Shown here: positions 1 to 10,208 of the stretch, one piece after another
How the letters are laid out: every line of letters starts with the position of its first letter
Numbering within the stretch: the stretch's first letter is position 1
Notes under the pieces: generated by a model
What the model saw: the letters and a program-made list of their open reading frames with translations, nothing else
Databases searched by the model: none
What the model was told of the DNA's origin: nothing
Position numbers and translations under genes: made by a program
Source: Octopus sinensis
Taxonomy: Eukaryota
Direction of reading: 5' to 3'
Assembly (NCBI RefSeq): GCF_006345805.1
Contig: NW_021833535.1
Location: forward strand, 1-28,276
Length of the DNA stretch: 28,276 bases

Positions 1-118
1 CCAGAAAAATGTTCACTTAAAGAGAATAATAAGCTACATAATGCCAAAATTTTACTTTTCAAAATTCCAATTCTAAAGGGTCGAAAAAAACCGAGCAACG
101 CCGGGCGATACTGCTAGT
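1..118 (-). mobile_element. Helentron/HINE-like non-autonomous element, 5' end (runs off the window start)
   Basis: On the minus strand it reads TACTAGCAGTATCGCCCGGCGTTGCTCGG. The 22-mer TAGCAGTATCGCCCGGCGTTGC is identical to the element start at 2315. An ACTAG start followed by a GC-rich imperfect hairpin resembles DINE-1/HINE termini (recalled, not searched). Confidence 0.55.
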
Positions 119-624
119 AAATTTTACAAACTTTTGAACATGTCGAAAGTTTTATTGATTCCACGCAGATACTACATGCATCTTACTCGCTCACCTAGCC
201 TTAGCTCTGGCTTATACGGACTGCGTATATATCCTAAGTGGATTTACGTATGGAGCAAGCATACATTCGTGTTTGTTTACATGTATCTGAATATCTGCTC
301 GAGTATTTTGTGTTACTGCGTGAGGATTTTTTTTATACTGAGCGCCTTTGACTCTGTGTGTGTGTGAGTGTGTATGTGTGTGTGTGTTTGTGTCTAAATG
401 GATGTGTGAGACAGTTTTTGTGTTAGCGTTTCGGTATGAATGTGAAAGAGATGGCGATGAGGATATGATTGATATTCATGCACTCACGCGCATGCAAATG
501 TGTTGTGTGTGTGTGTGTGTGTGTGTGTGTGATGGATATGTATATATCTTTTTGACTATCTGTCTCGAATCGTCTCCGTTGCTTTTATTTTTTATTATTT
601 TGAAGCTTGGAGGTTATTCAACCG

Positions 625-705
625 GCAAGTTACGAGGATGTAAGCACAACAACACCAGTTGTCAAGCGGTAGTGGTGGGGGTGTCGTTAACAAACACAGA
701 CACAA

Positions 706-755
<50 letters not shown>

Positions 756-1023
756 GTATATGTATATACACAATTTTTAATCTTCGGATTTTTGAAATAT
801 GCTAAGCCACTGGTTTTAATTGATTAACATCAATTTCTACCCTTATTATTTAATTATGTGTATATATACACACGACGGGCTTCTTTCAGTTTCCGTTTAC
901 CAAATCCACTCGCAAGGTTTTGGTCGGCATGAGGATCTACTAAGAGAAATATCAGCCCAAGGTGTCACGCAGTGGGACTGAACCTGACACTGTGTTTCTT
1001 ACCACACACTCAACGCCTGCACC
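625..1023 (-). mobile_element. tRNA-derived SINE family A, degenerate, with expanded internal microsatellite
   Basis: 871-1023 matches the reverse complement of the 5' half of the copy at 23879 (GACGGGCTTCTTTCAGTTTCCG...CCCAAGGTG.CACGCAGTGGGACTGAACC). 627-710 matches its middle/3' part. Confidence 0.8.
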
Positions 1024-1219
1024 TATGTGTGCGTGCGTGCGCGTGTGTGTGTGTGTGTGTGTGTGTGTAAGTGTGTGTGTGTGTGTGTGGTGTGTGTGTG
1101 TGTGCATAAAATTGTGGTTCAGTACTCCTTTAGTAAAGTAAGGACTCACAAATTCAGTTAAAAACTTACTTCATTATTTAGATAACGTATAAATTACTTT
1201 CATTTTAAGTGATACTCAC

Positions 1220-1283
1220 AGGAGTTGGCGGGAAATTCATCAATACTGTAATGAAATTCTCCGAAAATACAGCATTGAAAGCC
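1220..1283 (-). CDS. Candidate internal exon (64 nt), frame unresolved
   Basis: Acceptor tcttacAG and donor GTgagt. Two frames are open: AFNAVFSENFITVLMNFPPTP or GFQCCIFGEFHYSIDEFPANS. It lies in unique sequence. Its link to the core exon chain is not established. Confidence 0.4.
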
Positions 1284-1361
1284 CTGTAAGATCACTTATG
1301 ATTAATAAGAACAATAATATGTCTGTGTGTATGTGTTTAAATAAATGTATAATAAAAATAT

Positions 1362-1415
1362 ATGTATATATATATATATATATATAATGTTGATCTATTC
1401 ATCTATCTATCTATA

Positions 1416-1454
<39 letters not shown>

Positions 1455-1480
1455 GATCGATCGATCGATCGATCGATCTG
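1362..1480. repeat. Compound microsatellite (TA)n-(ATCT)n-(ATCG)n
   Basis: Direct reading of the sequence. Confidence 0.95.
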
Positions 1481-1538
1481 TCTGTCTATTCATGCAGAAC
1501 ACACGCATATATGTAATACCTATATTCAGGAATTACTG

Positions 1539-1569
<31 letters not shown>

Positions 1570-1571
1570 TA

Positions 1572-1642
1572 CGGTGGTGTTTCAGCTTCCATGGTGGTGA
1601 TGTAGCATGACCGCAGCCACATGGCTGGGACGAGTAAAAGAT
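1572..1642 (+). mobile_element. SINE family A 3'-terminal fragment
   Basis: AGCATGACCGCAGCCACATGGCTGGGACGAGTAAAAGA resembles the 3' end of the 23879 copy (AGCATGGCCATAGTCAAATGACTGAAACAAGTAAAAGA). Confidence 0.6.
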
Positions 1643-1644
1643 TA

Positions 1645-1754
1645 TGTGTGTGTATGTATGTATGTATGTGTGTCTGTGTTTGTGTGTGCGTTATGTGATG
1701 CTCTCTCTCTTTCTCCCTTGATATACATATATACATGCGTGTGTATATATATCC

Positions 1755-1785
<31 letters not shown>

Positions 1786-1787
1786 TG

Positions 1788-1819
<32 letters not shown>

Positions 1820-1885
1820 TGTATGTATGTATGTATGTATGTATGTATGTGTATATATATATATCAAGAGAGAGAGTGAGAGAGC
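1645..1885. repeat. (TG)n/(TA)n/(TATG)n/(GA)n compound microsatellite
   Basis: Direct reading of the sequence. Confidence 0.95.
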
Positions 1886-2314
1886 ATAAAAGAATATTCT
1901 TATTACTTGCGTAGAAGTTTCCAAAACTTACAGAAAGCACTATGTATGTAGAAACTAGATTGACAGGCGAATATTGAAGCGAGATTTATGTTTATGATTA
2001 TAAATATATAATGACTGAACTGGGATCTAGTGTTGCGAATCCCTGCTGCACCTACCTGTATAATATTAAATAAATAAGCGATACGTCCTCCTACATACAA
2101 ACACACGCACGCACGACCAACGCATAGTCCGAATCTTCGAAATCACTGATGCACCCTCCCCTGTGTTAAAGTTTAATAAATATTTTACTTTACTAAAAAA
2201 AGTAAAAAAAGTATAAGCAGTTCTTCAGTTTAATTTTAAAGTTTTCATATATGTGTGTGTGTGTATATACACACACACATACATACACACACACACACAT
2301 ATATATTATATATA

Positions 2315-2680
2315 TAGCAGTATCGCCCGGCGTTGCAGGTTTGTTTGTAGGGAAATAACTATAAAGCATTTTTAGAGAGTTATAGCCAAAATTAGCAAAA
2401 GATGGAAAAAAATTATGGTAAATTTTTTTTTAGTTAAAAAAGGTGGAGTTTGCGTCCCTAGACAGTTTGTGTTTCTGATTCTCGACCCCATGTCGAATTA
2501 TCGATTTTTTTCAGAACTGGAGGAACTTTTCAAAATTTTCGCTGCGTTAGTTTTGAATTATGACATTGGGCTATGTGTGTGTCAAGTTCATCAGAATCGT
2601 CGTTGAAAGCCGTGGTCAGGGTGAAGGTACAAGCAAACAGACACACAGAAAACACGCACAGACAAACTGCCGTTTATATT
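2315..2680 (+). mobile_element. Helentron/HINE-like non-autonomous element, apparently complete (~365 bp)
   Basis: Starts TAGCAGTATCGCCCGGCGTTGC (shared with 95-116). Has an ACAG/AC-rich tract near the 3' end and ends ACTGCCGTTTATAT. GCAGT/ACTGC form a short subterminal inverted pair. Embedded in (TA)n. Confidence 0.55.
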
Positions 2681-2708
2681 ATATATATATATATATATAA
2701 TATATTTA

Positions 2709-3004
2709 GTTGTTTGTTTCTTCCTTCTCGAGCCACGCCTGGATCATAAGGGCCGGTTTCCTTGGCGTATAGGTTCCCCACCTGGACGGGACGCCGGTCC
2801 GTCGCAGGTGAGCTGCAAGACGCAGGAGAAAGAGTGAGAAAAAGTTGTGTGCGCGAAAGAGTCAGCAGAAGTTCGCACATTAGTTCGCCATTACCTGCCG
2901 GAGCCGCGTGGAGCTTAGGTGTTTCGCTCATAAACACACGCATCGCCCGGTCTGAGATTGTAACCCGCGAGTCCGCTGTTCTAACACGTAGGCCATGTGC
3001 CTCC
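2709..3004 (-). mobile_element. tRNA-derived SINE family C, near full length
   Basis: Reverse complement aligns end to end with the + copy at 16869, including the tRNA-like head (GGAGGCACATGGCCTACGTGTTAG) and the AACAAACAAC tail. Confidence 0.9.
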
Positions 3005-3041
3005 ACACACACACACACACACACTCACACACACACACACA

Positions 3042-3075
<34 letters not shown>

Positions 3076-3190
3076 TATAAAAATTATATATAAAGAAACA
3101 AGGGACGAACACAGAAAACAGACGGGTCATTCGAAGCCTTTAATCTTCAGTCAGAAACCGGATCATCATAGCAAATTTCGTCTGCCTGAT

Positions 3191-3375
3191 ATGGTGAGCT
3201 GGTAGAATCGCTAGCAAGCCGGACAAAAATGCTAAGCAGCATTTAAACCGTCTTATGCTCTGAGCTCAAATTTTCCCGAGGTCGACTTTACCTTTCGTCC
3301 TTTTAGGGTCGATAAAATAAGTTTCAGTTAAATACTGGCGTCGATGTAATCGATTTAAATGTTACCCCGAATATG
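3191..3375 (+). mobile_element. SINE family B, degenerate monomer
   Basis: Head GGTGAGCTGGTAGAATCG, B-box-like GAGCTCAAATT, and core CGAGGTCGACTTTACCTTTCGTCCTTT..GGGTCGATAAAATAAG. Confidence 0.8.
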
Positions 3376-3402
3376 CACGCCTTGAGCCAAAGTTTAAAAA
3401 CA

Positions 3403-3618
3403 AGGGCGATGAGCTGGAATAATCGTTAGCGCGCCAGGTAAAATGCAATGCGGCATTTCGTCGGCCTTTGAGTTCTGAGTTCAAATTCCACCGAGGTCGA
3501 TTTTGCCTTTTGTCCTTTCGAGGTCAATGAATTAAACGCCAATAAAACACTGGGGTCCATGCAATTGGATAGTCACTTCCCCGCAAATGTCAGGCCTTGT
3601 TTTTAGTAGAACCGTTAT
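3403..3618 (+). mobile_element. SINE family B monomer with standard tail
   Basis: B-box GAGTTCAAATTCC, the core, and tail CAGGCCTTGT...AGTAGAA. Confidence 0.85.
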
Positions 3619-3620
3619 CA

Positions 3621-3968
3621 CGTCGGGCGAAATGCTTAACGGTATTTTCTCTGCCGTTGTGTTCTGAGTTCAAATTCCGCCGAGGTCGACTTTGCCTTTT
3701 ATCCTTTCGGGGTCGATAAATTAAGTACCAGTTACGCACTGGGGTCGAAATAATCGACTTATTCCGTTTGTCTGCCCTTGTTTGTCCTCTCTGTGTTTAG
3801 CCCCTTGTAGGTAGTAAAGAAATTGGTATTTCGTCTGCCATTACGATCTGATTTCAAATTCCACCGAGGTCGACTTGCCTTTCATCCTTTCGGGGTCGAT
3901 AAAGCAAATAATTGACTTGCGTTCTCCACCAAAATGCCAGGCCTGGTGCCTAGAGTAGAAAGAATTAT
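3621..3968 (+). mobile_element. SINE family B dimer, 5'-truncated
   Basis: Two B-box/core units joined by the linker ...GTAGTAAAGAAATTGGTATTTCG. The second unit ends in the standard tail GGCCTGGTGCCTAGAGTAGAAAGAATTAT. Confidence 0.9.
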
Positions 3969-4074
3969 ATACAGGAGTATATCTAACTAGAACGACACAC
4001 TGACACACGCACACACGCGGACAGACAGACGGACGGACGGATAGTTGGATGGATGTGCGTGAGAAAGAGTGTAG

Positions 4075-4480
4075 TTTAAAGTAAAGAATGATGGAGAGAA
4101 AAAAAAAAGAAGAGTGAATGAATGCATGAATGAATGAAGAAAATCGAGCAGGCGAATACAAGAAATGTTAGAAAAGTAGATTAAACAAATGAAAAATAAA
4201 ACAATAATGTAAATAGGAAGGAGAGAGTAAATAAAGAGGGAAGGAACGAATGAAAGAAAGAAAGAATGAAAGAAAAAGCGAATGTAAGAAAAAGAAAGAA
4301 AGAAACAAGAGAGGGAAGGAGGATTGGTAAAGGAAAGAAATTATTCCCTTCCTGAAAAGAGGAAATAAAGAGGGTAAAATAGAAAGGGGACAGAATGAAT
4401 GAGAGAGAGAGCAAGGAAGAGAATGATAGAAAACGAGGGAGAGACAGAGAGAGAGAGTAAACGGTGGGGAGAGATAGTAA
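4075..4480 (+). repeat. ~400-bp purine-rich low-complexity tract (GAAA/GAA/GA)
   Basis: The + strand is strongly A/G-rich throughout. Confidence 0.9.
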
Positions 4481-4783
4481 AGGTTAGACGAGAAGCTAGA
4501 ACAAGGAATGCCAAGATTTCCCTGTAAAATGACAAAGAAAAACACCAACAGCTTGTCGCTACGTTCCGTATTGATTTTAACGTAAAATGTTCAGAAGATG
4601 GCGACTTAAGTAGTATTTTACGTGTTCGTTTATTTATTCCTACATTCTTTATTAAACCGGGTTTTAAATACATACAAGAAACGAGAGACGCGGAATAACC
4701 AGAGATAGCTGTCTTTGTACATACATACACACACACACACACACCACACACACACACACCACACACCACACACACACACACAC

Positions 4784-4821
<38 letters not shown>

Positions 4822-4823
<2 letters not shown>

Positions 4824-4937
4824 TTTCATTGACTGTGGTCATGCTGGAGCACTGCCTTAAGGGGTTTCAGTCGAAGAAATCGAACCCAGGACTTATTCTT
4901 TGTAAACTTTGTATCGACTTATTCTTTGTAAGCCTTG
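4822..4937 (-). mobile_element. SINE family A 3' fragment
   Basis: CATTGACTGTGGTCATGCTGGAGCACTGCC...GACTTATTCTTTGTAAGCC is the reverse complement of the family A 3' end. Confidence 0.8.
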
Positions 4938-4955
4938 CTGCTCTCTCACCCACTC

Positions 4956-5180
4956 AATAATAATTATCCTTTCTACTCGAGGCACAAGGCCTTGAAAATT
5001 TGGTGGGAAAGGGGCTAGTCTATTATATTGACCCCAGTGTTTAACTGGTACTTATTTTATCGACCACGAAAGGATGACAGGCAAAGTCGACCTCGGCAGA
5101 ATTTGAACTCAGAACGTAAAGACTGATGAAATCTCGCTCAGCATTTTGTTCGGCATCTTAAAGAGTCTGCTTGCTCATTG
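4956..5180 (-). mobile_element. SINE family B monomer, inverted
   Basis: AAAGTCGACCTCGGCAGAATTTGAACTCAGAACG is the reverse complement of the core/B-box. The tail reads AATAATTATCCTTTCTACTCGAGGCACAAGGCC. Confidence 0.9.
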
Positions 5181-5229
5181 CGTTTTAAAGGATGAAATAT
5201 TAGCTCAACCCCAGTTGGATCTGCCTCCG

Positions 5230-5434
5230 AACATTGTTCCTTCTCGAGCCATGCCTGGCTCATAAGGGCCGGTTTCCCGGTTTCCTTGACATTTAGGTTC
5301 TCCACCTGGACGGGACGCCGGTCCTTCGCAGGTGAGCTGCAAGATGCAGGAGGGAAGAGTGAGAGAAAGTTGTGGCGAAAGAGTCAGCAGAAGTTTCGCC
5401 ATTACCTTCTGCCGGAGCCGCGTGGAGCTTAGGT
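5230..5434 (-). mobile_element. SINE family C, 5'-truncated (no tRNA head)
   Basis: High similarity to 2709-2935. It breaks into (CATG)/(TATG) repeats where the head should be. Confidence 0.9.
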
Positions 5435-5520
5435 GCATGCATGCATGCATGTATGTATATATGTATGTATATAGGTAGGTAGGTAGGTAGGTATCGTATG
5501 GATGCGTATGTGTGTGTGAT

Positions 5521-5687
5521 CACGACGGGCTTCCAGACAGTTTCCATTGACAAAATCCATACAAAAAGTATTGGTCGACTCGGGGCATATTAGAAGACAC
5601 TCGTCTAAAGTGCCACGCAGTGGGACTGAACCTGAAACAACGCATTTGTGAAGCAATTTCCATAACCACGCAGCCATACAACACCTG
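5521..5687 (-). mobile_element. SINE family A 5' half, degenerate
   Basis: GACGGGCTTC...GTGCCACGCAGTGGGACTGAACC...ACCACGCAGCC. Confidence 0.8.
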
Positions 5688-5726
5688 AAAAAAAGGAAAA
5701 AATAAGTGTAGCTCACGCGAGTGTGC

Positions 5727-5781
<55 letters not shown>

Positions 5782-6332
5782 ACCTTCATGCCATCACTAA
5801 TTGCTTGCATTCAAATTAAATATATATATATATATATATATATGTACTTAAGCCTTAAAACAATAACTGTAATTAGATATTATATCTATACTCATAAAGC
5901 TGAAGTTGTCTGTGTGTGTGTGTTTGTGTGACAGGTATGGATACATTTTTTTCCTCAGAACAAGTGAAACCTAACAAGTTCTTACATACTCGTAATTGGT
6001 CCCTGGTTATTAAATTTTCCCGTCCCTTACTTCTGTTGAATGTGGTTGCTTGACTTGCTTGGTATATCAGCCAAACCTCAACTCACACCCTATCGTCTTC
6101 ACAAAGTGAGAATCTTACGCTGAATACTTGTGGCAGATTTGAACTCCGCACCGTGTATTTCCGGTAGTACAATTCTTTATCTATTGATCCATTCTGCTTT
6201 TATATTTTCTGTAAAACACCTCCCCCAATCTTGATTTAATTCTGCATTTATTTCTTGATTTTTCTTCTTTTACTTTCTATCCTGTCTTACGCCATTTATA
6301 TTTGTATTTCGGGAGATCCTTTATGCTACTAT

Positions 6333-6589
6333 GGAGGCGAGCTGGCAGAAATGTCAGCACGCCGGGCGAAATGCGAAGCCGTATTTCGTCTGCCGTTACG
6401 TTCTGAGTTCAAATTCCGCCGAGGTCGACTTTGCCTTTCCTCCTTTCGGGGTCGATTAAATAAGTACCAGTTACGCACTGGGGTCGATATAATCGACTTA
6501 ATCCGTTTGTCTGTACTTGTTTGTCCCCTCTGTGTTTAGCCTCTTGTGGGTAGGAAAGAAATAGGTATTTTGTCTGCCGTTACGTTTTG
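6333..6589 (+). mobile_element. SINE family B with linker tail and the start of a second unit
   Basis: Intact head GGAGGCGAGCTGGCAGAA, B-box, core, linker, then GGTATTTTGTCTGCCGTTACGTT. Confidence 0.92.
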
Positions 6590-6640
6590 ACCAACCCATT
6601 ATGCCAATAATAAACACTAACACTGGTTCTATTTCACTTC

Positions 6641-6889
6641 GGCAAGCTGGCAGAAATAAGGTAGCGAGCTGGCAGAATCGTTAAGCACGCTGGATGAAAG
6701 GCTTAGTGGTATTACATCTGTCACTACGTTCTGAGTTCAAATTCTGCCGAGGTCGACTTTGCCATTTCATCCCTTCGTGGTCGATAAATTAAACACTTGT
6801 GAAAACACTGGGATCGATGTAATAGACTCATCTCCTCCCTCAAAATAGCTGCCTTTGTGGCAAAATTTGAAACCATTATTATTATTATT
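6641..6889 (+). mobile_element. SINE family B monomer with duplicated head stub and (TTA)n tail
   Basis: GGCAAGCTGGCAGAA at 6641, then GGTAGCGAGCTGGCAGAATCG at 6660, B-box and core, and tail AATTTGAAACC(ATT)n. Confidence 0.88.
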
Positions 6890-7379
6890 GAGTGAGAGAG
6901 CAGTGCATGCCATCAAAGTGACACTGGGGTAAAATATACGAAGCCCAATATACCCATCATGACCACCCGTCTGATAAAGGTACACCAGGCACATGCATCA
7001 CAACCATATGTGCACGACATGGTGATCTCATATCAAGATAAACAGCACATGACCTTGCAGGTGGGACCCAGTTAGAATTTTCTTCAGGTTGAGTAGCCCA
7101 TCCCGCTCAAAAGGTCCCTGAATAAGGGTTGTTTAAGGATGTTGAAAGAACCACCCATGTTTCCAGAGGTGAACTATTCAAACCCCAAAGAATCCCTCTC
7201 AACACATGGCTATGATGCTCCCCCACTAGTTCTGCTCGTGATCAGAGATGCACATATCGTCAGCCACTAAGGGACATGCTCAACTGGTTAAGGTCAAACA
7301 ACTGACAAGCAAATCTGTGGTATTGAGCAGAATATTTGCTGTAGCCCATGTTTTATACCAAGACAAAACAATGTACATG
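6890..7379 (-). mobile_element. ~490-bp interspersed element D flanked on both sides by (TTA)n; putative (TAA)n-targeting retroelement
   Basis: A non-repetitive, higher-GC block with sharp ends between TTA runs (6875-6889 and 7380-7407). On the minus strand it ends CTGCTCTCTCACTC(AAT)n. A matching stub occurs at 4938-4964. No recognisable ORF. Confidence 0.65.
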
Positions 7380-8124
7380 ATTATTATTATTATTATTATT
7401 ATTATTAGTTAATTCGTTAACATTTAACCAATTAATTCATCGATTGTTTAGCTAATCATTCGCTTGATCAATCAATAAGATTTCTTAAAGTCTTCTCGTC
7501 GCCAATCGTGACCTCATCTATGATAAATCCTTCCTACTCCAGGTCTCCCAACATTTTTCCGGGATTCCTTCTCCTCTTTCAGTCTCCTTCTTCTTCTTCT
7601 TCTTCTTCTTCTTCTTCTTCTTCTTCTCATCCTGTTTCAAACAGTCTAAATCTTTTCCTTCTCTTCGTTTCCTCGTCACTTTTTACGAAATAGTTCCCCC
7701 CGCTTATAATTCTTATAACCTGTATTCCGCTTTATATATTATATATCTATAATGTATATAGCTATATATCTCTATATCTTTATATCTATATATTTCTGTA
7801 TCTATATCTATATCTCTCTCTCTATATATATTCCGCCTCGTCCGTCCGTCCATCGCCCCGAATATGCTTTGTTACTATATTTAATTTCAAATACATACTT
7901 TCATTTTTTCTTTTTTTTTTCCTTAACCTTTCTTCTATACTTTCCTCCTCTTCAACCACCACCATCACCACCACTACTACCACTACATCACCACCAATGT
8001 CTCCCTCTCCACCTCAGCGTCTTTATCTTCCACCAATATTTGATACACACTCCACCCATCACCTACCTCCTACTTCATTACATGTCTACCTATTTCCCCA
8101 CCAGCTTCCATCTTAACTCTCTAC

Positions 8125-8177
8125 CATCTTATTCTATAAGGGTTTTTCTCCTTCAACGATTCCATCTTTGAATAACT
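8125..8177 (-). CDS. Weak candidate exon (53 nt), SYSKMESLKEKNPYRIR(W)
   Basis: Long pyrimidine tract ending atgctAG; weaker donor GTagag. Only the phase-0 frame is open. Confidence 0.25.
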
Positions 8178-8439
8178 CTAGCATAGATAAGCGAAAGTAC
8201 AGAAGACGGAGTCTATCAAGAATTCCAAAGACAAGTCGTAGTTTTAAAAAAACCCTGTTTTTCATGGTTTTTATGATTTTTATATATATATATGCATCTA
8301 TTGTATATGTGTTGTGTGTGTATGCGTGTTTTTTATTGTTTCATATGGCATTGAGAATGTGTGTATGTGTACGCGTGTGTAAGTGTGTACGAATGTGTGC
8401 GAGTGTGTATACGTGTTTATCATTGTGTGTGCTGAATGT

Positions 8440-8700
8440 GTGTGAGTGTGGCTTGGTATGTGAGAGTAATTTTGTGAGTGTGTGTGAGTGTGGTTTAGTG
8501 TGTGCGAGGATTTTGTGAGTGTGTGTGTGTGTGTGGCTGAGTGTGTGCGAGTAATTTTATGAGTGTGTGTGAGTAATTTTGTGACTCTGTGTGTGACTGA
8601 GTGTGCGCGAGTAATTTTATGAGTGTGTGTGAGTAATTTTGTGAGTGTGTGTGTGAGAGAGAGACTGGGTGTGTGCGAGTAATTTTTTGAGTGTATGTGA
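8440..8700 (+). repeat. Minisatellite derived from (GT)n, with GAGTAATTTT motif and a 60-bp higher-order unit
   Basis: GAGTAATTTT occurs at 8464, 8549, 8571, 8609, 8631 and 8677. 8538-8585 is nearly identical to 8598-8645. Confidence 0.85.
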
Positions 8701-9313
8701 ATATGGCTGAGTGTATGTGTGAATGCGTACGCGTGTGTCCGAGTGTGTGCGAGTATGTATGAATGCGTGTGCGTGCGAGGGAGTGTATGCGAATGTACGA
8801 GAGTGTATGAGAGTGTGTGAGACAATGTGCAAGTGTGTGTGTGTGTGTCAGAGAGAGAGAGAGAGAGATTGCGCCCGTGTGTGGGTATGTATCTGCGTGT
8901 GTGTGTGAGTATGTGCTCGCGCGCATGTACGCTTAATATATATCCACTGTATTATTACATATATTTTGATTCTTAGTTTTATATGCGAATTTATTTTTAT
9001 ATATGATTTCATATAAATACTGGTGTTGTTGTATTATTGCACGTCTTTAGTGAGTTTATTTTCTCTTCGAGTGTATACGTTCTATATCTATTGCATGTGT
9101 TTATGTATTTCCTATACACTTTAGCATATATGTATATTGGTTATATGGTGCGGACATATTGAGTTTTATAGTATTTCCTCTGTCTTCTTAAAATGTGAGT
9201 TTTTCTGTTTGTCATCGGCAGAAAGTAACGCTACATTAGGTTCAGAAGACTTTCATTTATTTATTATAAAATTTACACATACACACACGCACACTAACTC
9301 ACACACACACACA

Positions 9314-9354
<41 letters not shown>

Positions 9355-9489
9355 CATGCAAACATACACTCAAGACAACGTTTACGAACGAAAAATGTGA
9401 CATATTTTGTTCAAATCAAACATCTTTCGTACACATATATAAGGTATATAAGTATACCTTATATATAAGTAATATGTATAACTCTGGGA

Positions 9490-10200
9490 AGGCGGCGAGC
9501 TAGCAACATTTTTAGTACGCTGAGCGGAAATGCTTAGCGGTATTTCGTCTGCCGCTACGTTCTGAGTTCAAATTCCGCCGAGGACGACTTTGCGTTTCAT
9601 CCTTTCGAGGTCGATTAAATAAGTACCAGTTACGCACTGGGGTTTGATATAATCGACTTAATCCTTTTGTCTGTCCTTGTCTCTCCCCTCTGTGTTTAGT
9701 CCCTTGTGGGTAGTAAAGAAATAGGTATTTCGTCTGCCGTTACGTTCTGAGTTCAAATTCCGCCGAGGTCGACCTTGCTTTCATCCTTTCGGGGTCGACT
9801 AAATAAGTACCAGTTGCGCACTGGGGTCGATGTAGTCGACTTAATCCGTTTGTCTTTCCTTGTTTGTCCCTTCTGAGTTTAGCCCCTTGTGGGTAGTAAA
9901 GAAATAGGTATTTCGTCTGCCGTTACGTTCTGAGTTCAAATTCCGCCGAGGTGACTTTGCCTTTCATCCTTTCGGGGTCGATAAATTAAGTACCAGTTAC
10001 GCACTGGGGTCGATGTAATCGACTTAATACCTATGTCTGTCCTTATTTGTTCCCTCTATGTTTAGCCCCTTTTGGGTAAGAAAGAAATAGGTATTTCGTC
10101 TGCTGTTATGTTCTGAGTTCAAATTCCCCCTAGGTCGACTTTGTTTTTCATCCCTTTCACAGTTGATAAAATAAGTATCATTTGAGAACTGAGGTCCGGT
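9490..10200 (+). mobile_element. SINE family B tandem multimer: one head plus ~3.6 units of ~184 bp
   Basis: GGTATTTCGTCTGC begins units at 9539, 9724, 9907 and 10090. B-boxes GAGTTCAAATTCC start at 9564, 9749, 9932 and 10115. Confidence 0.95.
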
Positions 10201-10208
10201 TGGGATGG

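Noticed and set aside
5960-5992. + strand micro-exon EQVKPNKFLHT (also + candidates at 8187-8234, 10638-10686 and 24455-24523)
   Set aside because: Donors are weak, and their proposed terminal exon (10962 onward) turned out to be LINE antisense.
7530-7720. Minus-strand Lys/Glu-rich exon across the (CTT)n tract
   Set aside because: The required phase-1 frame hits TGA at about 7677-7679.
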